64,000 nucleotides of DNA from Alistipes sp. (GTDB lineage: Bacteria > Bacteroidota > Bacteroidia > Bacteroidales > Rikenellaceae): NCBI GenBank assembly GCA_017546345.1, contig JAFYXB010000016.1:5052-69051 (forward strand), given 5' to 3'. Both the position numbers and the translations under genes were made by a program. The notes below the pieces were generated by a model. That model was not told the origin of the DNA. It was given only the letters and a program-made list of their open reading frames with translations, and did no database searches. Positions 48,301 through 57,285 of this stretch are shown one piece after another (positions within the stretch are counted from its first letter, which is position 1; each line of letters starts with the position of its first letter).

Positions 48301-49470
48301 TATACCACAAGCGACAACTATATTGAGATTACTGATGTGGCTCCATATACACTCTATTGGACAATTGTATCAGCCCTTTCTGATTCATCTCTCTATCGCC
48401 AATCGAATTGGGTTGGAACCTATGCCTATACTGCTGACACTAATCAGTCTTGTTCGTGGTTTACGCAGAGCCTAAGTCCTGGTCAGGGAACAGAGTATGA
48501 TCATCAGCCATACAACTCCTTGGACGTCACATGGAAGGGTACGGGCGTTACCTCTATTTCATATTATTTATTAGACGCCGAAGATTACTATTATTACGGC
48601 TATTCATTGGGCCTTATTGTCGCAAACATGAACAATGCAGGTGGTCTTCTCGAACCTATAAACTCTGACGAGGGCTTCTCTGGCTACTTCTCTGATCAAT
48701 ATCAAGACTGCGGATATATTCTATTTACGCTTGTTACCAACGAGCAGGGAGAGACATACATGGCTATAAGCGAGAGCAAAACTGAAAGCTATGAGCTAAG
48801 CGAGGCTGAAAGCAGATGGATTGGCAGATGGCAGATGACTGCACACAAGGCACTCGTATATGATGGTGGGAACACTTCAATTATAGATCGAGAGGAGAGT
48901 TTCGTAGTCAATATTACCGCTAATCCTGATAGGGCTCGTTTCTTCTTTGTGGATGGCTTTAGCGTTTTGGGTGAGGGCTGGCCTATTGAAGCAGAACTTA
49001 ATGAAAATAACGAGCTTTGCTTAAGAAGTGGATATCTAACAGACATCGCATATAATGGCTACTATGCATGGCTTTCATACTGCATATATAGCGATGGCAA
49101 TGAAGGATACAACTTCTACAATAACCCTGTTCAGATCTTCTCGATGGACGAGGCTGGTAATGTTACATGTCGTCTATATTCTGACATAGCCTATTATTCG
49201 GGTGAAACTCCCGTAGAGTACACAAATATCCATACAGAGATGTATGTATATACATACGACGGTTTTGTTGAGTATATAACCGACTCATACCCTGTAACTT
49301 ACCGCGCTGGCGAGATGGATATGGTTAAGCTTGCGGATAATCGCGCTGCGAAGAGTTCGGCAATGCCTGCAAATGGCCTACAGGGATATCAACTTACGCC
49401 TAATAAGACGATCAAGCGAGATAATCTTTCAACGTTGAAGAGCGATATCTCGGTGGTGTACACTATGTAG
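45310..49470 (+). CDS. Large surface lipoprotein: fimbrillin-like domain, BspA LRRs, two SusE/F-like modules, FN3-like domain and unknown C-terminus
   Basis: Lipobox FAAC; DTRIQL; LKNVCGWVKI; LxxITLPxxxxxIxxxAF repeats; duplicated GxxTDWG...DIAM...FKLR...GSYD modules; LAAPQNV...SFTLTWD. Confidence 0.82.
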   Translation: MKRFILYLFAALAFAACTQNDIEELTNNKLFVPDSISVGFENDDTRIQLLNNKTVWNEGDCVSVFYRSFDNLMWQFQGQTGDRTGELLLVDGYVGNQTMEDVIVVYPYNADYLVRLSDQSVEARMPSVQYYHENSYDPSCNIMIAQGSDRNFVLKNVCGWVKIELTGDGQAVQSLTLTGNNNEAVAGDISIVATDATATYFSANSSAPSDDSELGGDLVFDNQTITSLKLQCNGVTLSSEPTAFYIALPPQTFSNGFTVEVKCRGYQPMVLQRNDAIAIERNHIQPMQAVEFEAEESNEVDVPNNEIWYTATDQVWPNNEWDFGATLIDNYFDYYTGQGILVFDGDVTRIPAGAFSYNGGLTSITLPNSIAEIESFAFDNCWGLTTMTIPDNTTVIEPGAFSSCGNLQEFKGNCVTEDGRCLVLDNVLLAFAPAGITSYTTPSGVRTIAANSFSSSHDLTEIVISEGVEIIGTYAFSSCTNLSTIILPESILHIRAYAFDYCYSLADITLPSNLQSIEDWAFVNCANLTQITIPDSVQGFGQGILAGCYNLEYIDCQYATEDGRSLIIDGCLFAIAPKDLSSYTVPEEATHIGSGALCGLEFPVLLHDNISVIGDNAFERCSFSTITLPANLEYLGYAAFLYCSNLTDVYCTATTPPSMGGMLFGYNSQNRNIYVPLESLEDYKTADGWREFASCIIGYDYETGETVMPTINLGVCGTITDWGNSDIPDIAMEYLEERNLYVAYGVELTTADRFKLRADNTWQGLYNIGLSWDDSGYAMVANTYKELMNSPESQDIHIAVDGSYDIYFNLETLTLYFMEADADPDNATEAPEHSEIPDGQYRIGIVGSFTDWGNFPDIAMSYDEDMAMYVYYGLEFNEGDEFKLRVNESWDINYGLEYDYASSFGGNNFTYLINDGQNIIVYKTGSYDLYFDPNYCEFYFMEADVDRSEATEPTILPQLAAPQNVRVFNESATSFTLTWDYVENATSYMINDGNGGVYTTSDNYIEITDVAPYTLYWTIVSALSDSSLYRQSNWVGTYAYTADTNQSCSWFTQSLSPGQGTEYDHQPYNSLDVTWKGTGVTSISYYLLDAEDYYYYGYSLGLIVANMNNAGGLLEPINSDEGFSGYFSDQYQDCGYILFTLVTNEQGETYMAISESKTESYELSEAESRWIGRWQMTAHKALVYDGGNTSIIDREESFVVNITANPDRARFFFVDGFSVLGEGWPIEAELNENNELCLRSGYLTDIAYNGYYAWLSYCIYSDGNEGYNFYNNPVQIFSMDEAGNVTCRLYSDIAYYSGETPVEYTNIHTEMYVYTYDGFVEYITDSYPVTYRAGEMDMVKLADNRAAKSSAMPANGLQGYQLTPNKTIKRDNLSTLKSDISVVYTM

Positions 49471-49490
49471 CACCTACGCTTTGCTAACAT

Positions 49491-49526
49491 TAAACGGCTG
49501 TCCTGCGGGCAGCCGTTTATGTTTTT
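49491..49526 (+). terminator. Intrinsic terminator
   Basis: TAAACGGCTGTCC/GGGCAGCCGTTTA stem followed by TGTTTTT. Confidence 0.8.
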
Positions 49527-49564
49527 ATTGCCATAGAGAAAATTTTGGTATGATTCCAAAATCG

Positions 49565-49953
49565 GAGCGCGAGTCCGCAGCATACTTTGGCGTATGTGAG
49601 GAACTCACGCTCGATGTATAACGAGAAAATATCCCAGCAATATGAAACTTAACGACTTAAAGGGTTGCGAAACATCGTAAACGCGCATAGCTGAGGATAG
49701 TTTTAGGCATACGAAGAGCGCGAGTCCGCAGCATACTTTAGCGTATGTGAGGAACTCGCGCTCGATGTATAACGAGAAAATATCCCAACGATATGAAACT
49801 TAACAACTTAAAGGGTTGCGAAACATCGTAAACGCGCATAGCTGAGGATAGTTTTAGGCATACGAAGAGCGCGAGTCCGCAGCATACTTTGGCGTATGTG
49901 AGGAACTCGCGCTCGATGTATAACGAGAAAATATCCCAGCTATGCGCGTTTAC
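49565..49953 (+). repeat. 151-bp tandem array (about 2.5 copies) of a palindromic element
   Basis: GAGCGCGAGTCCGCAGCATACTTTRGCGTATGTGAGGAACTCRCGCTC starts at 49565, 49716 and 49867, with near-identical linkers. Confidence 0.9.
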
Positions 49954-51203
49954 TTCGTGCGAACGAAGCGCAACGAATGAGGCGTACTCTGCTTAATAAT
50001 AATACGCTCATCGAAGGCGTAACGACGATAGAGCTCGTCGTTGTAGTAACGAATGGTAATCATCTCGACATCCTCGGTCTTCTCGACATCGAAGCCCTCA
50101 GCCTCGAGCTCCAACACAGCCTCGTCGATATGCCAAGAAGAGTCTACAGCGAGGTAGAGGTTCACCGCCGAGTTATGTACAAGATTGATACGTATGCGGT
50201 GGCTGTCGAGCGTAGCAAAGAGCTTCGCGAACTTCTCCTCCAAGACGAATGACAAATCGCGCGAATGAAGATTGAGAAGCACCTGATTGTTCTTCTGAAT
50301 CATGATTGGCTCGTAGGCACGCTCCACATCGCCCGTAATCACTGAGCCCTTAGCCTCCTTGTTGCCGAAGGGACGCACGTACAGAGGTATGTTCTTCTGC
50401 TGCAATGGCTTAATGGTCTTGGGGTGGATAATCTGCGCACCGCTATATGCCATCTCGATAGTATCCATATAGTTGAGTCGCTCGATCTTGCGGGCATCGG
50501 GAAAGATCTTAGGATCGGCATTTAGGATACCGTCCACATCCTTCCACACACTCATCGACTCAGCATCGAGAACATTTGCCACGATAGCTGCCGAGTAGTC
50601 CGAGCCCTCGCGTCCGAGCGTCGTCGTTGTACCATCGGGTGCACCGCCAATAAAGCCCTGACCGACAAATACCGAGACATCGCTACCCTCAATCTCGCGC
50701 TTAAGACGCACAGCTGTAGCCTCGAGGTTCACGTTAGCATCCTTGTGTCGCTGCTCGGTGAGGAAGGCACGACGCATATCCACCCAGCGGTTCTTCACGC
50801 CGAAGCCATTGAGGTAGTTCGAGACGATGGTTGTCGAAAGAAGCTCACCAAATGCCACGATAGTATCGTACCAAAGTTCGGCATCTGAAGCTCGGTAGAT
50901 AGTATTCTTCACCGTATTGCGCAACTGCTCGAAGAGCACGTTTACCTGATCTATTGTGATATCGGCACCCATAAGGTCGTCGATAATCGAGCGGTGGTAG
51001 GCGTAGCTCTGGTCGATACGCTCCAGGGCCAACTTCTCGTCGCCCTGCTGCATAGCCGAGAATACTCCCTCGAGAGCATTCGTAGTCTTACCCATCGCCG
51101 AAACGATAATAAAGAGATCGCTCTCGCCCTGCACTATATTTAGAAGGTTTCTCACGCCTGCGGCATCCTTGACCGAGGCACCACCAAACTTATATACTTT
51201 CAT
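49950..51203 (-). CDS. lysC: Aspartate kinase
   Basis: VYKFGGASV, VSAMGKTTN, TTTLGREGSDY, WKDVDG and ADPK motifs. Confidence 0.95.
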   Translation of the reverse strand: MKVYKFGGASVKDAAGVRNLLNIVQGESDLFIIVSAMGKTTNALEGVFSAMQQGDEKLALERIDQSYAYHRSIIDDLMGADITIDQVNVLFEQLRNTVKNTIYRASDAELWYDTIVAFGELLSTTIVSNYLNGFGVKNRWVDMRRAFLTEQRHKDANVNLEATAVRLKREIEGSDVSVFVGQGFIGGAPDGTTTTLGREGSDYSAAIVANVLDAESMSVWKDVDGILNADPKIFPDARKIERLNYMDTIEMAYSGAQIIHPKTIKPLQQKNIPLYVRPFGNKEAKGSVITGDVERAYEPIMIQKNNQVLLNLHSRDLSFVLEEKFAKLFATLDSHRIRINLVHNSAVNLYLAVDSSWHIDEAVLELEAEGFDVEKTEDVEMITIRYYNDELYRRYAFDERIIIKQSTPHSLRFVRTK

Positions 51204-51393
51204 ATGTTTAGGTTATTCTTTTGTTTTATGGCTACAAAAATACAAAAAAACTCCAAAAAAACATAATGGCAACAGGTCAAAATATAGATAAAATATTTAG
51301 AGAATGTTGGAGCCACCTCCAAAATTTGCAAAAAAACAGGGCTCTCCGACAACGCGGAGAACCCTACATGAATATTGGTATAGATTATTCGAC

Positions 51394-52689
51394 CTATACG
51401 CGGCAGCGCAAGAAACCGATACCAAAGCGCTCAACGGCTGCACGCTCCAAATCCTCGCGAACTGAAGGATCGGCAATCGAGATAAGCAACTTAGCACGCT
51501 GCGCCAACGACTTATTACGCAAGTAGACGATACCGTGCTCCGTAGCGATATACTGCGCCTGGAAACGTGTTGTTACGACACCTGCACCCTTCGTAAGCGT
51601 AGGCACGATCTTAGACTGACCTTTCGAGGTGATTGAAGGCAGAGCTATAAAGCACTTACCACCCTCCGACAAAGCACCACCATACATAAAGTCGTGCTGG
51701 CCACCAACACCCGAGAAGATACGCTCACCGATTGAGTCGGCACAAATCTGACCCGTAAGGTCGATCTCGATAGCCGAGTTTACGGCCATAACCTTAGGGT
51801 TCTGACGGATGTTCTGAGGATCGTTAGTCCATGCCACATCACGGATAACAACGTCGCGGTTGCCATCCAAATAGTCGTAAAGACGCTGGCTACCAAGGCA
51901 CAAGCAAGCAAGCGACTGGCCTGGATAGAGCTTCTTCAACGAGTTGTCGATGATACCCTTCTGGATGAGGGGCACAACGCCGTCGGTCATAGCCTCTGTA
52001 TGCAAGCCGAGGTGCTTGTGGCCCTGCAATGCATCGAGCACTGCGTTAGGAATACCACCTACGCCAATCTGCAACGTAGCACCATCGGGAATCTCGGATG
52101 CGATGAAGTTACCGATAGCACGCTCCACATCGTTAGGTACAACCGTAGGAACCTCAACAAGAGGCTCATCACCACGCACCATAGCTGCAATCTTCGAAAC
52201 GTGGATAACAGGATCACCAAACGTGCGAGGCATATACTTGTTTACCTGTGCAATGATTGTCTTCGAGCACTCCACAGCCGAGAAGGCCAAGTCTGCAGAT
52301 ACACCGTATGAGCAGTAGCCATCCTCATCGGGCTCCGACACGTTGAGAAGCGTCACATCCAATGGAATCTGGCCGCTGCGGAACAAGAATGGGATTTCGC
52401 CCAAGAATGCTGGGATAGTCTGCGCCACGCCCGAGTTAATGGCGTTACGCATATTGTTAGCCACAAAGAAGCTGAGTGGCTCGAACGAGTCGCGAAGCTC
52501 CGCCTTAGCGTATGGAGCATCGAAGCGACCGATAGCGAAGGCCGTATATACCTTCACATCGCGAAGCTCTGCGGCACGGTCGGTCATAGCCTGCACCAAG
52601 ACCTCGGGGATAGATGTCGAGCCCTGGATATATACCGAATCACCCGACTTGATAAGTTTTGCAGCCTCAGCTGCACTAACTAAATTCAT
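51394..52689 (-). CDS. Acetyl-CoA hydrolase/CoA-transferase family (4-hydroxybutyrate CoA-transferase-like)
   Basis: GATLQIGVGGIP, LGLHTE (catalytic Glu), DLTGQ, SGVGGQHDF and TEHG motifs. Confidence 0.9.
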   Translation of the reverse strand: MNLVSAAEAAKLIKSGDSVYIQGSTSIPEVLVQAMTDRAAELRDVKVYTAFAIGRFDAPYAKAELRDSFEPLSFFVANNMRNAINSGVAQTIPAFLGEIPFLFRSGQIPLDVTLLNVSEPDEDGYCSYGVSADLAFSAVECSKTIIAQVNKYMPRTFGDPVIHVSKIAAMVRGDEPLVEVPTVVPNDVERAIGNFIASEIPDGATLQIGVGGIPNAVLDALQGHKHLGLHTEAMTDGVVPLIQKGIIDNSLKKLYPGQSLACLCLGSQRLYDYLDGNRDVVIRDVAWTNDPQNIRQNPKVMAVNSAIEIDLTGQICADSIGERIFSGVGGQHDFMYGGALSEGGKCFIALPSITSKGQSKIVPTLTKGAGVVTTRFQAQYIATEHGIVYLRNKSLAQRAKLLISIADPSVREDLERAAVERFGIGFLRCRV

Positions 52690-52701
52690 ACTCTTAAGGT
52701 T

Positions 52702-52733
52702 AAAAAGGGCTGTCCTTAAACCTCGGGCAGCCC
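52702..52733 (-). terminator. Terminator-like hairpin between the aminotransferase and CoA-transferase genes
   Basis: GGGCTGCCC/GGACAGCCC stem followed by TTTTT on the minus strand. Confidence 0.65.
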
Positions 52734-52740
52734 ATAATTA

Positions 52741-54057
52741 TTAATAATCCTGACTAAAGAGGTGCAAGCGTTTGTCGAGCTCGTCATACTGATAGTCCGA
52801 AATCATCGACACACAACCACGCAAGCCCTCGCGCGAGCTACCCGTAGGTGTGAGCGTAATAGCCGAAATACCGTAGTATATAAGCTTGTTGATAAGCTGC
52901 TCGCCAGTCATATCCTTATAGCCAAAGGTAAAGAAGAAGCCGTCACCCACAGTCTCGTCGCAATCCTTATCGTAGACGATGTGGAAGCCGTTCTTAATCA
53001 TAATCTCCTTAACTCGCTCGGCACGACGCGCATACTCGCGTGTGTGCTCCACGTAGTTGAGCTTACCGTCCGATGCCGCACGGAACATAGCTGCCAAAGC
53101 GTACTGCGTAGAGTGAGGAACACCCGATGACAGAGCGTAGAGGATATTGAAAATGAAGTTGCGGCGGAACTGACCATCGTTGTTGAAGAGCTTAGCAAGG
53201 CCCTCGTAGCAACGATCAGCCAACGTAGGATTAAGCGCAACAACAGCCACACGCTGACCTGCATACGAGAACATCTTAGATGCTGAAAGCAGGTGCATAC
53301 AGTTGTTCGTATAGCGTGCAACAGATGGCTGGTAAGGTGGCTCAAAGGGCTTAGAGCGATCCTCACGGAAGTCCATATTGAGATATGCCAAGTCCTCGAT
53401 GACGATAACATCGTGCTTCGTAGCCATGCGACCGATAATCTCCAACTCCTCCTCGTTAAGACACATCCACGTAGGGTTGTTGGGGTTAGAGTAGATCATA
53501 CCGCTGATACGACCCGACGACAATACCTCCTCCAACTTAGCCTCGAGAGCCTTGCCACGGTAGTCGATAACGTCGAACGACTCGATGCGGATACCCTGCA
53601 CCTTACACTGTATCTTCTGCACGGGGAAGCCCGGATCGATAAAGAGAATTGTATCGCGACCCTCCTGCACCTTAGATAGTGCGGTGAAGGCTGCAAAAGC
53701 ACCCTGCATAGAGCCTACCGTAGGCACGATACATACGGGGGGAATGTCGATGTTGATGAAGGCCTTGATAAAGCGAGATGCCTCCTTTGTGAGGGGCTCG
53801 ATACCTGTGATAAGCGGATACTTCGATCCTACGCCCGAGAGCAAAGCCTCGTGCTCAGCGTCGATACCAATCTGCTCAGCGGGTAAGCCAGGCTCACCAA
53901 TCTCCATACGGATGTACTCCACGCCCATCTTAGCCTCGATATCCTTAACGACGCTAACAAACTGGCGAATAGAGGCTGCGCCCAACTCCTTGGCATTGCG
54001 CAAACCGTTGGCAATACAGATATTATCGACCGTCTGTTTATCTAATGGTCTCTCCAT
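52741..54057 (-). CDS. PLP-dependent aminotransferase, class I/II
   Basis: NPNNPT, EDLAY and SASKMFSYAGQR (PLP Lys) motifs. Confidence 0.92.
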   Translation of the reverse strand: MERPLDKQTVDNICIANGLRNAKELGAASIRQFVSVVKDIEAKMGVEYIRMEIGEPGLPAEQIGIDAEHEALLSGVGSKYPLITGIEPLTKEASRFIKAFINIDIPPVCIVPTVGSMQGAFAAFTALSKVQEGRDTILFIDPGFPVQKIQCKVQGIRIESFDVIDYRGKALEAKLEEVLSSGRISGMIYSNPNNPTWMCLNEEELEIIGRMATKHDVIVIEDLAYLNMDFREDRSKPFEPPYQPSVARYTNNCMHLLSASKMFSYAGQRVAVVALNPTLADRCYEGLAKLFNNDGQFRRNFIFNILYALSSGVPHSTQYALAAMFRAASDGKLNYVEHTREYARRAERVKEIMIKNGFHIVYDKDCDETVGDGFFFTFGYKDMTGEQLINKLIYYGISAITLTPTGSSREGLRGCVSMISDYQYDELDKRLHLFSQDY

Positions 54058-54071
54058 AGTCTTCTCCAAAA

Positions 54072-54653
54072 TTACAATTTCACGCTATTGTCATATCCTG
54101 CGCGAACAGCTGCGAGGTTCTTCTCGATAACCTCCTCGCCCTTACGTGCAAAGATACGACGGATACCTGCCTCGATCTTCTCCTTCTCGATATCGAGCAT
54201 AGGAATAGCAGCACCCAACAATACCATGTTGGCAGCCTGAAGTGGCGCACCTGCCTCCTTAGCCAACTCCTCAACGTTGAGCGATACGCAGTGAGGAAGC
54301 GCTGCAAGGTGCTTCTCTACCTCCTCCATATCGGGATAGTTAGGGATATTTACGAAGGGAACATTACTAGTTACTACCCAGCCATCCTTCTTCAAGTAGG
54401 GCAAGTAGCGCAAAGCCTCCATAGGCTCGAGCGAGATGATGATGTCGGCACCACCCTTAGCGATAAGATCCGAAGCAATAGGCTCGGTAGAGATACGCAA
54501 GTTACTCTGCACATCACCACCACGCTGGCTCATACCGTGAACCTCAGCCTGCTTGATGTTCCAACCCTCGGCAAGAACTGCCTCACCGATGACTGTGGCA
54601 ATCGACAAAATACCCTGTCCGCCGACGCCAGCTAAAATGATATCTTTCTTCAT
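54072..54653 (-). CDS. iorB: Indolepyruvate:ferredoxin oxidoreductase beta subunit
   Basis: GVGGQG, EVHGMSQRGG, EPMEALR and NMVLLGA motifs. Confidence 0.94.
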   Translation of the reverse strand: MKKDIILAGVGGQGILSIATVIGEAVLAEGWNIKQAEVHGMSQRGGDVQSNLRISTEPIASDLIAKGGADIIISLEPMEALRYLPYLKKDGWVVTSNVPFVNIPNYPDMEEVEKHLAALPHCVSLNVEELAKEAGAPLQAANMVLLGAAIPMLDIEKEKIEAGIRRIFARKGEEVIEKNLAAVRAGYDNSVKL

Positions 54654-54680
54654 TACGATTTCTGTTTTGTTGTTTTAGGC

Positions 54681-56297
54681 CTACTTCTTCTCTGCAGCAC
54701 GTGCCTTAGCGTGGCGCTTTGCTGTCTGGATACACTCACGACGAGGAATCACAACCGATACACCGTTGTACTCGATCTCCTCACGCAAGATGTTCTTAAT
54801 CTCATCCATGTTCTTTGGAAGGGGCACCACTACGCGTACGTGCTCGGGAGCAACACCCAAACCACGGCAGATATCCTCAATCTTGCCTGTACCTGCTGAG
54901 TCCTGACCACCGGTCATACCCGTTGTAAGGTTGTCCGAGATGATAACAACTACGTTTGCCTTAGAATTAACGCAGTCCAAAAGACCTGTCATACCTGAGT
55001 GAGTGAAGGTAGAGTCACCAATAACTGCGAATGAAGGGAACTGACCAGCATCTGCTGCACCCTTAGCCATAGTGATTGAAGCACCCATCTCGACACATGC
55101 CGACAAAGCGTTGAATGGTGAAAGTGCACCGAGTGTGTAGCAACCGATATCACCGAAGATGCGAGGATTCTCGTACTCTGCAGCAACCTCGTTCAAAGCC
55201 TTATACATATCGCGGTGACCACAACCCTGGCACAATGCGGGTGGACGTGCTACTACCAAGTCATCAGCCTCGTGGTTCTCCAAAGCTGCCATACCGAGTG
55301 ATAGACGTACGCTATCGGGAGTGAGCTCACCAACACGTGGAAGATCGCCAGTCAAACGGCCCTTAACAGCAACTGTCGAAGGCACAATAGCGCGGATCAT
55401 CTCCTCAACAACGGGCTGACCCTCCTCCATAACGAGGATCTCCTTAGCGCCGTCTGCTACCATCTGCTCAACGAGAGCAACGGGCAATGGATACTGCGAA
55501 ACCTTCAATACGCTACGCTCCTCAGCACCAGCTACATTCTCCATATAGTAGTTGTAGGCGATACCTGCAGTGATCACACCACGCTCGGGGTTAGAGCCCT
55601 TGCGGTAGATGTTGAACTTCGACTCAACAGCCTTTGTCTGAAGGTCATCCTGCTGAGAGAGCAACTCCACATAGCGCTTCTTTGCAAATGCGGGAAGCAA
55701 AATCCAGCGACGTACATCCTCTGGACGATTAATCTCGTTCTGCTTGCGTGGTGAGTCGCTAATCTCAACTACGGCGCGTGAGTGAGCCATACGTGTTGTA
55801 ACACGCATAAGCACTGGAAGCTTAACAGCCTCCGAAAGCTCGAACGCAGCACGTGTCATCTCGTAAGCCTCCTGCTGTGATGATGGCTCGAAGACAGGAA
55901 CCATAGCGAACTTACCGTAGAAACGTGAATCCTGCTCGTTCTGTGAAGAGTGCATAGATGGATCGTCGGCAGCAACAACCACCAAACCACCATTTACGCC
56001 TGTCATTGCCGAGTTCACGAATGGATCGGCAGCAACATTCACACCTACGTGCTTCATACATACCAAAGCACGCTTACCCATGTACGACATACCGAGAGCA
56101 CCCTCCATAGCGGTCTTCTCGTTAGTCGCCCAACGGCAACAAATCTTGTCGTCAGCAGCGCCGCGCTTCTCCTCGCGCAACTGAATGAACTCTGTAATTT
56201 CGGTCGAAGGTGTACCTGGGTACGCATAGACACCCGACAGACCTGAATCGATAGCGGCCTGAGCGATAGCCTCGTCACCGAGAAGTAGTTTTCTCAT
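54681..56297 (-). CDS. iorA: Indolepyruvate:ferredoxin oxidoreductase alpha subunit
   Basis: YPGTPSTEI, MKHVGVNVAAD, SSQNEQD, RPPALCQGCGH, DIGCY and GDSTFTHSG motifs; start MRKLL at 56297. Confidence 0.95.
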   Translation of the reverse strand: MRKLLLGDEAIAQAAIDSGLSGVYAYPGTPSTEITEFIQLREEKRGAADDKICCRWATNEKTAMEGALGMSYMGKRALVCMKHVGVNVAADPFVNSAMTGVNGGLVVVAADDPSMHSSQNEQDSRFYGKFAMVPVFEPSSQQEAYEMTRAAFELSEAVKLPVLMRVTTRMAHSRAVVEISDSPRKQNEINRPEDVRRWILLPAFAKKRYVELLSQQDDLQTKAVESKFNIYRKGSNPERGVITAGIAYNYYMENVAGAEERSVLKVSQYPLPVALVEQMVADGAKEILVMEEGQPVVEEMIRAIVPSTVAVKGRLTGDLPRVGELTPDSVRLSLGMAALENHEADDLVVARPPALCQGCGHRDMYKALNEVAAEYENPRIFGDIGCYTLGALSPFNALSACVEMGASITMAKGAADAGQFPSFAVIGDSTFTHSGMTGLLDCVNSKANVVVIISDNLTTGMTGGQDSAGTGKIEDICRGLGVAPEHVRVVVPLPKNMDEIKNILREEIEYNGVSVVIPRRECIQTAKRHAKARAAEKK

Positions 56298-56351
56298 ATC
56301 TTTAATTGTTTTAGGTTTGTTTGTTCGTTTAGTTACTACATAATATGTTGT

Positions 56352-56515
56352 CAAAGATATACATTTTTTTCTATTCTACGAAACATTTTTCCCGTTTTTT
56401 ATACCCGCGAGAAGCATCACATCTTGTGTTTGAACATTTCACCACATAATTGTTCTCATTTAGCACCGAATAGCGAATAACCATTTCGAGGTTTCACATT
56501 TTTTTTGTATATTTG
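56352..56515. promoter_or_regulatory. Divergent promoter region (iorA / lysE-like)
   Basis: TATCTTTG on the minus strand at 56352-56359; TATATTTG on the plus strand at 56508-56515. Confidence 0.65.
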
Positions 56516-56594
56516 CCACGATATATGTACGTGTGTAAAGCATAGCTTTGGCGGCTATTTTGCGGTACGTACCTTAGATTCAACAACAACGGTT

Positions 56595-57266
56595 ATGGTA
56601 GTCGAAATACTCAAGACTCTATTTGACGGAATATGCGTCGGACTGGCCTCATCGATGACGGTGGGACCCGTGGCGGTGCTCTGCATACAACGCACCCTAA
56701 GCAAGGGCGGCCTCTCGGGAATTATGTCGGGTATGGGCGTAGCGTGTGCCGATACACTACTTGCAATTCTCGCCTTCTCGGTATATGCCCTTCTGAAGAC
56801 ATACATCGACGAATACAGCACTGTGATACAGATTTGCGGAGGAGTATTCGTAGTGATTGTCGGCATCTTCATATTCTTCAAAAACCCCGTACCGCAGATA
56901 CGTAAAAACCGTGCAGGGCACATCGCCCTATGGCAGGATTTCGCCTCGATGTTTGGCTTCACATTGGCCAACTTCGTGGTTATCATCCCCTATATCCTTG
57001 CCTTCTTCACGATGTTTAACGTGGGTCTTGCCGACAGCTCGGAGAGCGTAGCTTCGAGCGGCTCAGATATAAGCACTATCGCGACGAATGTACTGATAAT
57101 TAGCGGATTCCTACTTGGTGCCTCGCTCTGGTGGCTTGCGCTAACATCTATCATCAACATCTTCCGTCGCCGATTCCGTCCACGCCATATGCTCACCATA
57201 AACCGCGTAGCAGGTGTGATAATCAGCGCCTTGGGACTCATCGCGCTAATCTCGCAATTTGTGTAA
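56595..57266 (+). CDS. LysE-family translocator
   Basis: VGPVAVLCIQRTL, GMGVACAD and GASLWW motifs; probable start 56595. Confidence 0.88.
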   Translation: MVVEILKTLFDGICVGLASSMTVGPVAVLCIQRTLSKGGLSGIMSGMGVACADTLLAILAFSVYALLKTYIDEYSTVIQICGGVFVVIVGIFIFFKNPVPQIRKNRAGHIALWQDFASMFGFTLANFVVIIPYILAFFTMFNVGLADSSESVASSGSDISTIATNVLIISGFLLGASLWWLALTSIINIFRRRFRPRHMLTINRVAGVIISALGLIALISQFV

Positions 57267-57285
57267 CGAAAACAACGAACGAAAT

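Noticed and set aside
49565-49953. Possible CRISPR array
   Set aside because: Linkers between repeats are nearly identical rather than unique spacers, the unit is 151 bp, and there are no cas genes
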